Shown here: in pieces, positions 53,139-64,000 of the stretch
Numbering within the stretch: the stretch's first letter is position 1
Layout of the letters: the number at the start of each line of letters is the position of its first letter
Assembly (NCBI RefSeq): GCF_009914755.1
Contig: NC_060929.1
Reading direction: 5' to 3' (one strand)
DNA: 64,000 nucleotides
DNA from: the human T2T-CHM13v2.0 reference genome, Homo sapiens
Translations under genes and position numbers: made by a program
Notes under the pieces: generated by a model
What the model was told of the DNA's origin: nothing
The model's input: the letters and a program-made list of their open reading frames with translations, nothing else
Databases searched by the model: none

Positions 53139-53354
53139 CCTCCCGGGCTCTTGCTGGTGCCCCATCCTCCCAGGCCCTCGCTGGAAGCCCCGTCCTCCCG
53201 GGCCCTCGCTGGAAGCCCCGTCCTCCCGGGCCCTCGCTGGTGCCCCGTCCTCCCGGGCCCTCGCTGGAAGCCCCGTCCTCCCGGGCCCTCGCTGGAAGCC
53301 CCGTCCTCCCGGGCCCTCGCTGGTGCCCCGACCTCCTGGGCCCTCGCTGGAAGC
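53139..53354. repeat. Minisatellite, ~8 x 27-28 bp (CCTCCCGGGCCCTCGCTGGAAGCCCCGT)
   Basis: Directly visible; two unit variants (GGAAGC / GGTGC). Confidence 0.93.
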
Positions 53355-53656
53355 TCTGCTCATTTACTCCCCGTGTTACGGTTGTGCAGCATTTCCTGGA
53401 TCCACAGTCAGGTCAGGCAATTCTGGGGCGAGCAGGCGTCGGGGAAGGGTTGGATGGGCGTCCCAGGCTTCTCAGAGCATCCCATCCAACTCCTGGACGG
53501 GAGAGGTGTCGTAAGGGTCCCTCAGGAGGGAGCTTGAGCTGGAAGCAGGGGTGAGTGAAATCAGGTTCAAGGGAAATTTTCACCAAGGTCATCCGCCACC
53601 CCCAGGACCCTGAGAGTCTCACAGTGGGTGCAGCCCCAGGCAGGTGGTGGTCCATA

Positions 53657-53840
53657 GGGGACAGCCCCCAGGAAGATGCAGGTGACAGGGGTGGGGTGGA
53701 CAGCCCATGGGAAGGTGTGGGTGATGGGGGGACAGTCCACGGGAAGGCACAGGTGATGGGGTTGGGGACAGGTCTCGGGAAGGCACAGGTGACAGTGTGG
53801 GGTGGAGGGGGGCAGCCCATGGGAAGGTGCAGGTGTTGGT
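53657..53840. repeat. Degenerate G-rich tandem repeat (~5 units, GGACAG.CCA.GGGAAGG...AGGTGA)
   Basis: Recurrent GGGAAGGY..AGGTGA motifs. Confidence 0.6.
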
Positions 53841-53999
53841 GGGGGGAGGGGGGCACGTTCCCATCATGCTTGTCCGACCTCCCTGGGTGGCTGGAGGAGG
53901 AAGTGATCCAGAGGAGGCCTGCCTTGGAGGCACCCAGAGCACAGAGGCTGGGCCTGGTGTGGAGCTCTCGGCCGACCTCGGGCCGGGCTTTACAGGGCA

Positions 54000-54420
54000 T
54001 GTCAGTTAGGGCTCTGCAGAAAAACAGAACCGACCGGAGACAGATATGGGGAGGCTTATTATGAGCAGGTGTCTCAGACAGCTGCAAGCTGGAGACCCAG
54101 GAGAGCCGAGGTGTAGTTCAGTCCAAGCCCAGAGGCCTGAGGGCCAGGGGCGCTGGGGTAAATTCCCGCCTGTGGCCGGAGAATGGGAGATGAGCTGATC
54201 TGGCTCAAGCCATGAGTCAGGAAAAAGGGGTGACTCCTCCTGTCTAGTTCTCTCCAGCCCCCCATGGACTGCCCAGCCACACTGGGGAAGACCACTGGCT
54301 TCACCGAGCCCACGGATTCAAATGGGACCGCCATCTGGAAACACCTCCCAACACAGCAGGCACGATGTTTAATCGCAGCACCCAGTGCTGCAGGTGGTTG
54401 ATGTGTGACATCGGTCAGCA
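54000..54420. mobile_element. MLT2-like (ERVL) LTR remnant
   Basis: TGTCAGTTAGGGCTCTGCAGAAAAACAGAACC...CTGCAAGCTGGAGACCCAGG...GTTCAGTCCAAG...TCTGGAAACACC. Confidence 0.6.
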
Positions 54421-54666
54421 CACTAGGCCTGTGTCCTCATTAGTTCGAGGGCCGGCTGTGACTGCCAACAGTAGCTTCCCATCTGAGTCAGGATTTCAGC
54501 CCAGCCCTGCTCTAGGCTTTCTGAGTGAGTCTCTGGGGCTCTGAAGTGATGAGCTTGCAGGTGACAGGAATCCTGCGTCCCATTCCCTGGGCAGGTGCAG
54601 CAGGGGCTGGCAGGCTGCCTCATGCACGGGTAAGCCCCTGTGTGTCCCATAGTAGGACTGAGCATC

Positions 54667-54730
54667 TGGGCCCACCTGTCCTAGACCCACCTGTCCTGGG
54701 CCCACCTGTCCTGGGCTGACCAGTCCTGGA
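54667..54730. repeat. Short tandem repeat, ~4 x 15 bp (TGGGCCCACCTGTCC)
   Basis: Directly visible. Confidence 0.75.
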
Positions 54731-56739
54731 CTCACAAGGTGGCTCTGACTGTCCTTCCAGGCCTGTGGAACCGACTCCCGTGGTCGCTGTTGAAGCCCTC
54801 TATGGTGAAATGCTCCCAGGAGCTGCAGACTGCCAGACAGCTTTACTTAGGATGATTCCCTAGAGGGAGTCCTAAACCGAGTCAGCTTGGGGGCCGCCTG
54901 CTCCTCTCTCCCTTATGCCCCTGTCTGTGGAGTTCTGTCCCTTCCAACGAGGATGCTTAGGGTCGATGTGCCTGTTAAGGGCTGAGTGAAAACGATGGAG
55001 AAGAAAGGGATCCTGGGCCTTCCTCTCATCTGGCTGCTTGCACCACTCAGGCCCCGCCGAGGGCTCTGCAGAGAGGCAGGCAGTCCTGCCAATAGGGACC
55101 TTCATGAAGCACCCACATTCCTTACCACCTTCTCCCCTCACAGGAAGGAAGCAGCAGGGTTTCTGCTGGTTGAGCTCCTCCTCCAGGCTTCCTGGATAGG
55201 AAGCAGTGGTGCTGCTCAGCACACAGCCCCTCAGTGCCTTCCCTCCTCCCCCAGGGCTGGGGTGGGCTGGCGGGGCCACCCCTGCTGATCCATCCCTTGG
55301 CTTCTGGGCCCAGCTCCCCTGACTGCACAGAGGGGACTGTGGAGCTGTGGGCTGGGGCCTCATGGAGGCATGTCCTCCTTCCCAGCCAAGGTGCTGGGAT
55401 CCTGACTGTCACCTGCCCCAAATCCAGCCTGGGCCCTGTGCACCCTGGGATGGGTCACAGGAGGCCTGAGAACCAGGTCCAGGCTGCGGTTTGGGTGAAG
55501 GACAAAGGGACGTCCTCTTCTGCTCGCTTTGCCTGTTCTGCTTCTTCTGTTTCTTCATCTCGCCTTCTTTTCAGCTCCCCCTGGGCCCAGCTCCCTGTCC
55601 AGCACTGAAGACCTGAAATGGACCTTACTCAGCCCTGCACAGAGCAGGAAACTTCAGCCGCAGTCGCTGCACAGGGCTGGGGTGCGTGATCTCCAGTGGC
55701 AGGGGTGCGTGATCTCCAATGGCAGGGCTGACCTCCCACCCTCCGTCTGCACCGCCTCCCCCGCCCCTACCAGGGAATTGGCTTCAGGGGACTGGGAGCA
55801 ATGTGGCTTCGTTTCTGGGCATCACGGCATCACCCAGACGCACAGCTGGACCTGCCTTCTGGCTCCTCCTCCACCAGGGACTGTGGGTCAGACCGAGTCA
55901 CAGGCCCAGGTGCTCGTGGTGGGGGCCAGATGGGGTGGCCTTGGGTTCCCGGTGACACCTTGCTCTGAGTCTCCTCTGTGTGAAGAAACAGAGGGCCCTT
56001 AGCAGGACCCCATGGGAAGCCTGAGCCCCCAAGGGAGCCACTCTGCTCCAGCCCTTGCTGTGGGCACAGGGTCGCCCGAGGCCTTGGTGCTGACTTCACA
56101 TTCTCGCTGTTCCAAATGAGCCCCTTCTTGGTTGCAGTGAACTCTGCAGCCGTGGGCGGACGGCTGGTAATGGCCCTGAGACTCTCCAAGGTGGCTGAGG
56201 TTCTGCGCGGTTGGCAGAGTGCTGGCAGGACACAGGGGTTGCCCAGGCTACAGATCCGGGTTCAGGCCCAGCCGTGGGGACTGTTCACCTCTGAGAGGGC
56301 AGCCCTGCCCCGCGGCCCTGGCCCTGCCCTGCACCCGGCTGGGTCTCATCTGACACGCAGCCTTCCAGCCTCTCATTGCCCGAGGGGTGGGCCCTGGGAG
56401 TGGTCCTGGCAGGGCCCCTCTCTGCAGACCCTGCGGGACCAGCAGGCCGGGCGGTGGCTGGGAGGCAGGGGACAGGTTGGCCTCTGCGGTCTTGGAGGCA
56501 CAGAGCTCCTCCCGCCCTGGGCCTGTGGCCCCCTCCTGCTGGCCCAGCTGTGCCTTGTAAGGGCCACGGTGATGGCCCACCTTTCTCACCAATGCCCAGG
56601 AAGGACACCGCGCTCCCAGCTCCCTTCCTCCCCATCCACTCACCATGGGCAACTGCGGTGGCTGGGCGGAGGGGGGGTCTCTCTCCACATCACAGAGGAG
56701 GAGACTGGGGCTGGAGAGGTGGGGGATGGGGGCTCCCTC

Positions 56740-57400
56740 CCGGGGCGGACCCTCAGGTGGGACCCCCAGGCTCAGGGAGGGCGGGGGGACCTGGGGAGGC
56801 CGTGGCCGGGTCCGCCCGCCCCGTGTGCACCCGGAGCGCCCGCGCGGACCCCGAGCCCCATTCCCCGCCACGCGCCTGGCGCTCCCCGCGCTCCTGGGGC
56901 TCCTGGCGCCCTGCCCGGGCGGGCGGGGGCGGGAGCGCTGCTCGCACGCGAGGCCTGGCTGGCCCCATCGCGTGACGGCGCCGGCGGCTGCGGGGGAAGT
57001 AGGGGGGAAGTGGGCGGGCGCCCGCGGGGGGCACGCGATGCCGGGAGGGGCGCGCCCCTGCCGCCGCACCTACGCGCTTCTCGGGGAAAAGGCCGGGGCT
57101 GCCGGGTCCGCGGGGCGCATTGCGGGTGGGACGGGGTCGGCTCCGCTGCGGGAGCGACCCCTGCAATGGGGCTTGGCTGCACCGGCCGCCTGGGTGGTCG
57201 GTCTGTGTGCGGGTGACCCAGGCGTGTGCCCCCACCCGCGCTGCCCCAGCCCGCGGACCTCGGCGGGGAGCGCCCAGGGCCAGCACGGGGGTCTCACGGG
57301 GCGACCCCAGCAGCGTCTGTGTGGGGCCGCTCCTGCCCGGGTCTCTCCTCGGGCTCGGGGTCAGCTGCTGGGACACCCGGGGCGCCTCTTGCCCTGGCTT
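56740..57400. promoter_or_regulatory. AHRR: Intragenic CpG island in intron 3 with GC boxes and three perfect XREs (56945-56951 -, 56968-56974 +, 57032-57038 -)
   Basis: High CpG density; TCGCGTG/CACGCGA motifs read directly. Confidence 0.8.
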
Positions 57401-59576
57401 CTCCTGGGTCTGCACTTGGGAGAAAGATCTTGATTTTCACTGTTAAAAACCTTCAGCTTTCTGAACATGCGTATTGTGTGAACTGTGGCATCTCTGGCTG
57501 AGCCTGGAGGGCAGGAGGCTAGGATGCTGGGGTTTCCAGGTGGGAAGAGGCCGCCCTTGCCCAAGGGATGCCCCCACCTCGGTGGACTGTTCATGCTTCC
57601 TCGGAATAGTCCTGCTTTGTGGCAGAAGAAATGGGGCAGTTTTTGTTACATTTAGTGCAGTGAACAAACATCCAGTTTTTACCAGCTATGGGAGTTGAGG
57701 GAGAAGTGAGGGCTCAGAGACCAGGGAGGGAGGGGAACAGAGAGGCCGAGTCCCAAGGCCACCCGGTGCCACCGTCTCCGGGCTTCTGGCTGCCTCACCT
57801 CCTCACTCGGGCCCTCGCCCCCCACGGACACCTTAGCTCGTCAGCATCCCTGCAGCTGGTACCTCAGATTCTGAATCAATGGCTCCCAGTATGGCCTTTC
57901 TGGTGGAGAGTGGGGTGCTAGCCCAGTCCAGCAGCCGGTTCCGGGGTCCTGGCCTGATGGGGAGCAGGTTAACCCAGCGTCCGGACCCCACCTGTGCTCA
58001 CCACGGCCTGGGGACACCACAGACGCTGGTCCTGTGGGTCTGGGGGCTGCCGGTCCAGGGACTGCGGGGTGAGGAGAGCTCAGAGCAAAGTGTGAACCAC
58101 TTTGACTAGCAGGTGGATGCCTTCCTGGAAGTCCAGGAGGATTCCTGGGAGCAGGAGCCAGTGACCCACAATGAGGTTCAGGCCACACACATTTCAGAGC
58201 ACTCTCAGGTGACAGACACAGTGCCCCTGGGGCTGGAGACTGGGAGTCCAGCCCACCCTGAGTGAGACATTATGCTTTTATTCAAGTGGTTATTCTAGTT
58301 CTTAAAATATCCAGCAGCCTCACATCATTTTGGGACTGTGATGGGCTACAAATAGACACGTGCGCTTTTCGATGAGGCGGTGCCCCTCAAACTTGATTTT
58401 CTGTCTGGGTCGGGCTCTTGCTGAGCAGTGGGGTGGAGGCAGCCAGGAGTCTAAGCTCGGCCCAGTGGGGAGTGAGGGTGGTGGGGGGCTGCTTTGGAAA
58501 GGGCTGTGTCTCCCTAACCCGCGGAAGTGGGCAGATCCGGTGAAGCATGGCCGCCTGGGCTGTGCCACGCCGGGACCCCGGCACAGGCTGCCCACCGTGA
58601 AGGACGGTGTGCTGGCCTTAAGGTGCCATGCGTGATGACAGTTTTTATGCCATCTCAAGGTCAGAACTGGTGGCAAGGTAGCATCTGCCTGAGCGGACAC
58701 CACCTGTGACTTCAGCTGAGGATCCGGGAGACGCGGGAGCAGCAGATGCCCCCCCGGCCTTGCTGGGGTGCGCTTTGGTCCACGCACTGGGGCCAGCTGC
58801 TTGCTGGGACACCCTTGCCCCTCAGTCCTCTCAGAAGCTGGGGAGGGGTGTCCCTCCCATGTCTCCAGTGCCCATGAGGACACTGAGTGGGCAGTGAGCA
58901 CCTGTGCTGGGTCCGGAACTCAGCCCTTGGTCAGTCTGGAAGGTGAACGTGTCATCTGTCCCCTTCTGCACCCAAAAATGGAGAATGCACCATCCTCAGG
59001 AGTGGGAGTGTCCTTGGGGGCTGTGCGCAGTCACTGGGAAGGGGGTAGCACTGGCGACTGTCCTGGACCTGCCTTTTCCTGCCCTGCGGTGTTCTGTGCG
59101 GCCCCTGGGGGCGTGGGGCCTGGCCTGCTTCTCACTAGGGAGGGGGCTGCGTGGGTTCCAGGAGGGAGAGGCGATGCGGGTGTGCAGGGCACAGAAGACC
59201 CAGGTGGACGCAGGGGACCTTGGCCCAGCCCTCAAAGGGGTGCAGCCCAACAGTGCCGTGGGTCTCAGGGGAGGGGCCGTAGGGACCTCCTGGGTGGCTT
59301 CAGGGGGATCTGGCAGGAAGCCAGACTTTGTCCCAAGACTGGGTGGGGGCCCTGGGGGGTTGGGCAGGAGGGGACAGAGAGCAGTTTCTGCAGAGCAGAG
59401 CGGGTGTGGGGGCGTCCTCAGGCCAGGCTCTGCCTCCATGTCCTGGTGTCCCCCTGCCTCTCCTGGCTGATCTGAGGCCTGTGTCTCAGCTCCTCCTGCC
59501 CCACCTTGGACTCTCAGGGCTGTGGAATGCTGCGTGGCCTGCAGAGGGGTCAGTGCAGCCCAGGCCAGATGTCAGG

Positions 59577-59674
59577 TGAGAACCGTGGGGTGAACGCGGG
59601 GAAACACAGGAAAGATGTGAATGAATGAGAACCGTGGGGTGAACGCGGGGAAACACAGGAAAGATGTGAATGAA
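59577..59674. repeat. Exact 49-bp tandem duplication
   Basis: TGAGAACCGTGGGGTGAACGCGGGGAAACACAGGAAAGATGTGAATGAA at 59577-59625 and 59626-59674. Confidence 0.95.
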
Positions 59675-59731
59675 GAAGAGTGGCCAGGCCAAGGGTTGGG
59701 GGTGCCTAATGTGTCTTTTCTTCTCTGACAG

Positions 59732-59838
59732 TCGTGCAGGAGCAGAGCTCACGGCAGCCTGCGGCCGGCGCCCCCTCGCCCGGAGACAGCTGTCCTCTTG
59801 CAGGGTCTGCCGTGCTGGAGGGAAGGCTGCTGTTGGAG
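59732..59838 (+). CDS. AHRR: AHRR exon 4 (107 nt): (V)[35 protein letters not shown], linker into PAS-A
   Basis: Acceptor TCTTTTCTTCTCTGACAG|TC, donor GAG|GTGAGT; cumulative CDS 62+182+107 = 351 nt, in frame. Confidence 0.96.
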
Positions 59839-62019
59839 GTGAGTGCCACCCTTGGTACCTCGAACACTTGACACTTGGTTCTCCGTGTCACGCGTGTTCA
59901 GGCTCAGTCATACTCCGTGTCACGCATGTTCAGGCCCTCACCCAGGAGGCCCTTAGGTTGTGAGGTTTATAACTGTCAGGAAGCGTAGGCTCCAAAATCT
60001 GTTGAAGAAGGGTGTCCCTGGGTCGGGGTCAGCCTTGGGTGTGAGCCTCGTAGGCTGGGACAGAGAAGGCAGCCCGAGAGCTCTCGGCCTTGTGTGCTAC
60101 ATCAGGAAATCATCCTCATTCTGCACCGTCTGCTTTTGCTTGTCGGTGAGAGAACCTTGTACAAAATTAAGCCTTTTTTCCCCCAAAATGAAGGATTTGG
60201 CAAAGTCTACACTGGGCTTCCCTGGTGTGGTTTCAATCTTGGGGTGGCCTGTGTGACACCCTGGAAGCTGTGGGCCTGGGCAGGAAGCTCTGTGGTGAGG
60301 GGGCTTTTCACCCCATCTCCCCCATCCCTGCGACTCTGAAGTGCTGAGTTGTCCTGTGCTGTAACGCGGGGCCTGTTACCCCTCTGGGAGAGGAGACTGT
60401 GGACCATTTTCCTAAACAAGATAAGATGGTGGCATGGAGCCTCCGGGGTGAATCCATTCGCCATTTTGAAGATGAAGGGGGTTGCTGCCTCCACCAGTGG
60501 CTGGAGAGACATGGGCCCTGGGTGGTCCCAGGATGGGGTTGAGTGGGCTTGCAGGGAGGAGGCGGGGACAACATGACATTTCCTGGGTAACAGGGTGGGC
60601 TCCAGCCGGAACTCAGGACCCCTGGGTGGGGCAGGAGGGCACCAGCCAACCCGCTCCAGATGAGAGGGTACTGGGGCCCTGGTGGCAGGCTGCCCCACAG
60701 CCAGCAGCCACTAGTCTCCCATGGAGCTGTGCACCCCCAGTGCCTGGGAGGGGCTGCTCAACCCCCTGCCCCAGATCCTCCTGTGTGTCTCCAGGTCAGT
60801 TCACAACCCCCAGCTCGCTCTACTCTGTCCCCGCTAGTGAATGGGTCCCAGCTCCTGGGGCCTGGGAAGCCTGGAGCCTGCGGGAGGGAGGCCTGGGCCT
60901 GGTTCCCTGCTGCTGGACTTCCCACCCTGCTCCCAGCAGCGTGGGATATTTTGGAGCTACCTTCAGGGGGACTCTCCAAGAAGACTTTGGAAGAGGCATG
61001 GAGGCTGGGGGTCAGGGTCCGCCCGTCTGCTCCTGACACTGTGGCCCTCCTGCTGCCTGGCCTGACTCCCCTACCTGGCCAGAGTGCTGGTCACACCCAC
61101 TCTGTTCTGGGGGAGGTTGAGCAGTTCCCGAAGTCTCAGTCCACTGCATCTGGTTCATGTCCTCTGGCCCACGGAAATTTCTGGAAGTTTGCTTAGATTG
61201 CATCTGGTAGGTTGTATGGTGAGGGTTCCTCACTGATTGCCAGGGCAGTGAAAGGGGTTATATGCTCTTTTTGAAGCTTAAAAATATTCCAACAGGGCAA
61301 AATAAGCAAAGCAAGCAACAACAGCAGCAAATCCCAGCTTTTATTTCTAATCTTCAATCTCTTCACAATAAACTGAAAAAAAGGGGAGGTTTATGGCAGG
61401 GCACCCTAAATCCATAAACAGCCTTGAGCCGGCACAGGCTTCAGAGTGCTGTGGCCATGGTCTGTTGATTTAAGGTGAGGAAGTAAGGCTTGGAGCCACC
61501 AGGTGCCCTTTGGGGCTGAGCTGGACCCAGCGCTTCTGTTTATTTATTTATTTAAGATGCTCCACACGTTCAGAGAGGCTTTAGTAATGATCTAGAAATG
61601 ACCCCTGAGAGTGTAGTCTGGACCTGGTGTTTCTTTGTCCTGAGTTCACTGGCTTGTCCTCCAAGCCTCCGGCCTTCCCCAGGGAAGCCAAGACAGATGG
61701 GCCACAGCCCGTGGCTTCCCCTGGTGCACATCTTGGTGCAGGTGCTAAGAGTGGGAGGATGGAGGAGTGGGGAGAGGTGGGAGACTGGAGAGGGAAACAA
61801 GGAGGAGGGCTCCAAAGACATGTGAGCACACAGAGGAGGCCCTGAGCTCCCTGCACAATACGAGTCAGAGCTTCTAGGTTTTCATTCTGTTTTTTAGGTG
61901 GGCTACAGGGCTGTTGGGTTTAGCATGACTCACTGGAGCCACGGATGTGGCCTGTCTCGGGCTAGGATGCTGTCTCACTGACTGCTTAAGTTCAGCTAGA
62001 ATTCAAGTGTATGGTTACT

Positions 62020-63870
62020 GCAGGATACATTTTCTAACACTTATTTAAAAATTTACATACACTAAAGTTCATTCTTTTCGGCATTCAGTGGGATGTGACT
62101 GCCACCGTCATGAAGATTCAGAGCCATCCCCTCCCCAAACATTTCTCCTCTGCTGCTGTTTGCAGTCACAGCCCCCTGCCCCCAGCCACGGCCGATGTGT
62201 GCTCCATCCCTGCAGCCTGTCCCTTGCCTTTCTCTGGATGTCTTCCACACGGAGTCACACGCATGGCCTTTGGAGGCCAGCTTCAGTCAGCACAGTGCTG
62301 TTGAGATTTGCTCACGGTGCTGCGGGTCACCAGCTGGTTTCTTGTTGTTGCTGCCGGTTAGGATTTGGGCTCATCCACGGTGCTGCGGGCCGCTGGTTTG
62401 TTTCTTGTTATTGATGAGGTATGGACCAACCCCATGTGTCATTCAACTGTTGAGGGATATTTGGGTTGTTTTTAGGTTTTGGTGTTTATGAATGGAGCTG
62501 CAGTCAATAGACGTTCACATACAGGTGTTTCTATGAGCGTAGGTCTTCGTTTCATGAATAGTAAGCGTGTTTTTAACTCTTATCCCCCAGCAGTGAATGA
62601 GTGTTTCAGTTGCTCAGCATCTTTGGGTTTGCACTTGGTATTACTTTTTTCAAAGCCATTTTAATACTGGAATCTTGTTAGGGTTTTAGTTTGGATTTCC
62701 CTGTGACTAACAATGCTGCATATCTTTTCATGTGGTTATTTGCATCCGTGTGTCATCTTTGGTGAATGGTCTTTCAGATCTTTTGTGCATTAAGAAAACC
62801 AGCTCATTTGCTTGTTTACTATTCAGTTTAGAGATCTCTTTATATATTCTGGAAACATGTCCTTTCTCATATGTATGATTTATAAATATTTTCTCGTAGT
62901 CTGTGGCTTGTCTTTTTATTCTTTTGACAGGATATTACAGATAGTGAAAGTATTCCATTTTGATTAAGTTTAATTTATCAATTTCTCTTTTTGTAGATTG
63001 ATTTTGTTGCCACATCTCATTACCTAACCTAAGGTTACAAAGATTTTTCTTTTATGCTTTCTTCTAAAGTTGTATAGTTTCATATGTTACATTCTGGTCT
63101 ATGATCCACTTTTTGTTAACTTTGGTATGAGATGTGTGAGGTAGGGGTCAAGATTTATTGTTTTTGCATGTGACTATCCAGATGTCTCAGCACCATGTAT
63201 TAGAAAGACTATCTTTTTATACTGAATGGCGTTTATACCTTTGTGAAAAATCAATTGGCTGTATTTTTGTGGATCTGTTTCTGGACTCTGTATTCTGTTC
63301 TATATATCTGTATTTTTAACCTTTTAACAATACCACATTATCTTACCTACTATAGCTTTAAAATAAGACTTGATATCAAATAATGTGAATCTTTCAATTT
63401 TATTCTTCCTCAGAATTGTTCTGGCTATTCTAGTTCTTTTTTTTCCATATAAATTTTAGAATTAGCTTATTGACCGATATCTACAAAAATCCCTGCTGGG
63501 ATTTTGATTGAGATTGTGACATATCAGTAAATCAATTTGGGGAGCATTGGCATTTGAACAATACTGACTCTCCCAATCCATGAACATGGTATGTGTCTCT
63601 ATTTAGGTTTTCTTTAATTATGTTCATCGGTGTTTTGTAGTTTTCAGCATACATATCCTGCATATTTATGTTAGATTCATGTTTAAGTTTTATATTTTTG
63701 TTCTTAATGTAAATGAGACTTTTTTAATTTCAATTTTTAGTTCATTCCTAGTATATAGAAGTACAATTTATTTTTCTAGGTTGACTTTGTATCCTATGAC
63801 CTTGCTAAACTCATTAGTAGTCATGGGAGCTTTTTAAAATAGATTCCATGGGATTTTTTAAAACATAGAT
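62020..63870 (-). mobile_element. Old L1M (3'UTR/ORF2 end) remnant
   Basis: Antisense L1 motifs (CTCAGCACCATGTATT..AAAGACTATC, AAAATCAATTG, AAATTTTAGAATTAGCTT, CCAATCCATGAACATGG). Confidence 0.78.
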
Positions 63871-63871
63871 T

Positions 63872-64000
63872 TTATTAGTCAGGAGTCTCCAGAGATACAA
63901 AACCAATAGGTTATATGTGAGGAGCCTTATTAGAGGAATTGGCTTACATGATCACAGAGACAGACAAGTTTCACAATAGGCTGTCTGCAAGCTGGAGAAC
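63872..64000. mobile_element. MLT2-like LTR start (truncated by window)
   Basis: TATTAGTCAGG..TCTCCAGAGA.ACA.AACCAATAGG...GGAATTGGCT...CTGTCTGCAAGCTGGAGA. Confidence 0.7.

Noticed and set aside
53139-53354. CTCF-like motif (CCAGCGAGGGC) in the 28-bp minisatellite
   Set aside because: Needs a one-base gap in the core to fit the consensus.
55529-56002. ORF with signal-peptide-like start (MPVLLLLFLHLAFFS)
   Set aside because: It starts at TTG and the hydrophobic stretch is simply the polypyrimidine tract; better explained as a splice acceptor.
56116-57433. Overlapping 200-366-aa ORFs on both strands
   Set aside because: Typical stop-poor GC-rich CpG-island ORFs with G/A/P/R bias and no recognisable homology.

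Overview
Primate (almost certainly human) genomic DNA containing the 5' part of AHRR (aryl hydrocarbon receptor repressor, bHLH-PAS family) on the + strand. It holds a CpG-island promoter with a probable non-coding exon 1 (donor at 2700/2701) and three coding exons (24858-24929, 36888-37069, 59732-59838). These splice in frame to [86 protein letters not shown]...EGRLLLE (117 codons); the gene continues beyond the window. The introns contain nested L1/Alu/MaLR/MER1 elements, two further CpG islands and an unusual density of tandem repeats. There is no prokaryotic-type system, and the long ORFs in the track are repeat or GC artefacts. The most notable signals are: (i) a 21 x 37-bp VNTR in intron 2 in which nearly every unit carries a perfect ROR/REV-ERB element plus DR3/DR5-spaced nuclear-receptor half-sites; (ii) a 3.4-kb UG-rich compound array just downstream of the weak exon-2 donor; (iii) a 47 x 62-bp CpG-rich array with higher-order structure; (iv) a tight cluster of perfect XREs beside the presumed smoking-associated CpG; and (v) a minisatellite whose CpG decay forms a gradient towards a CpG island. 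All functional readings of these are hypotheses.
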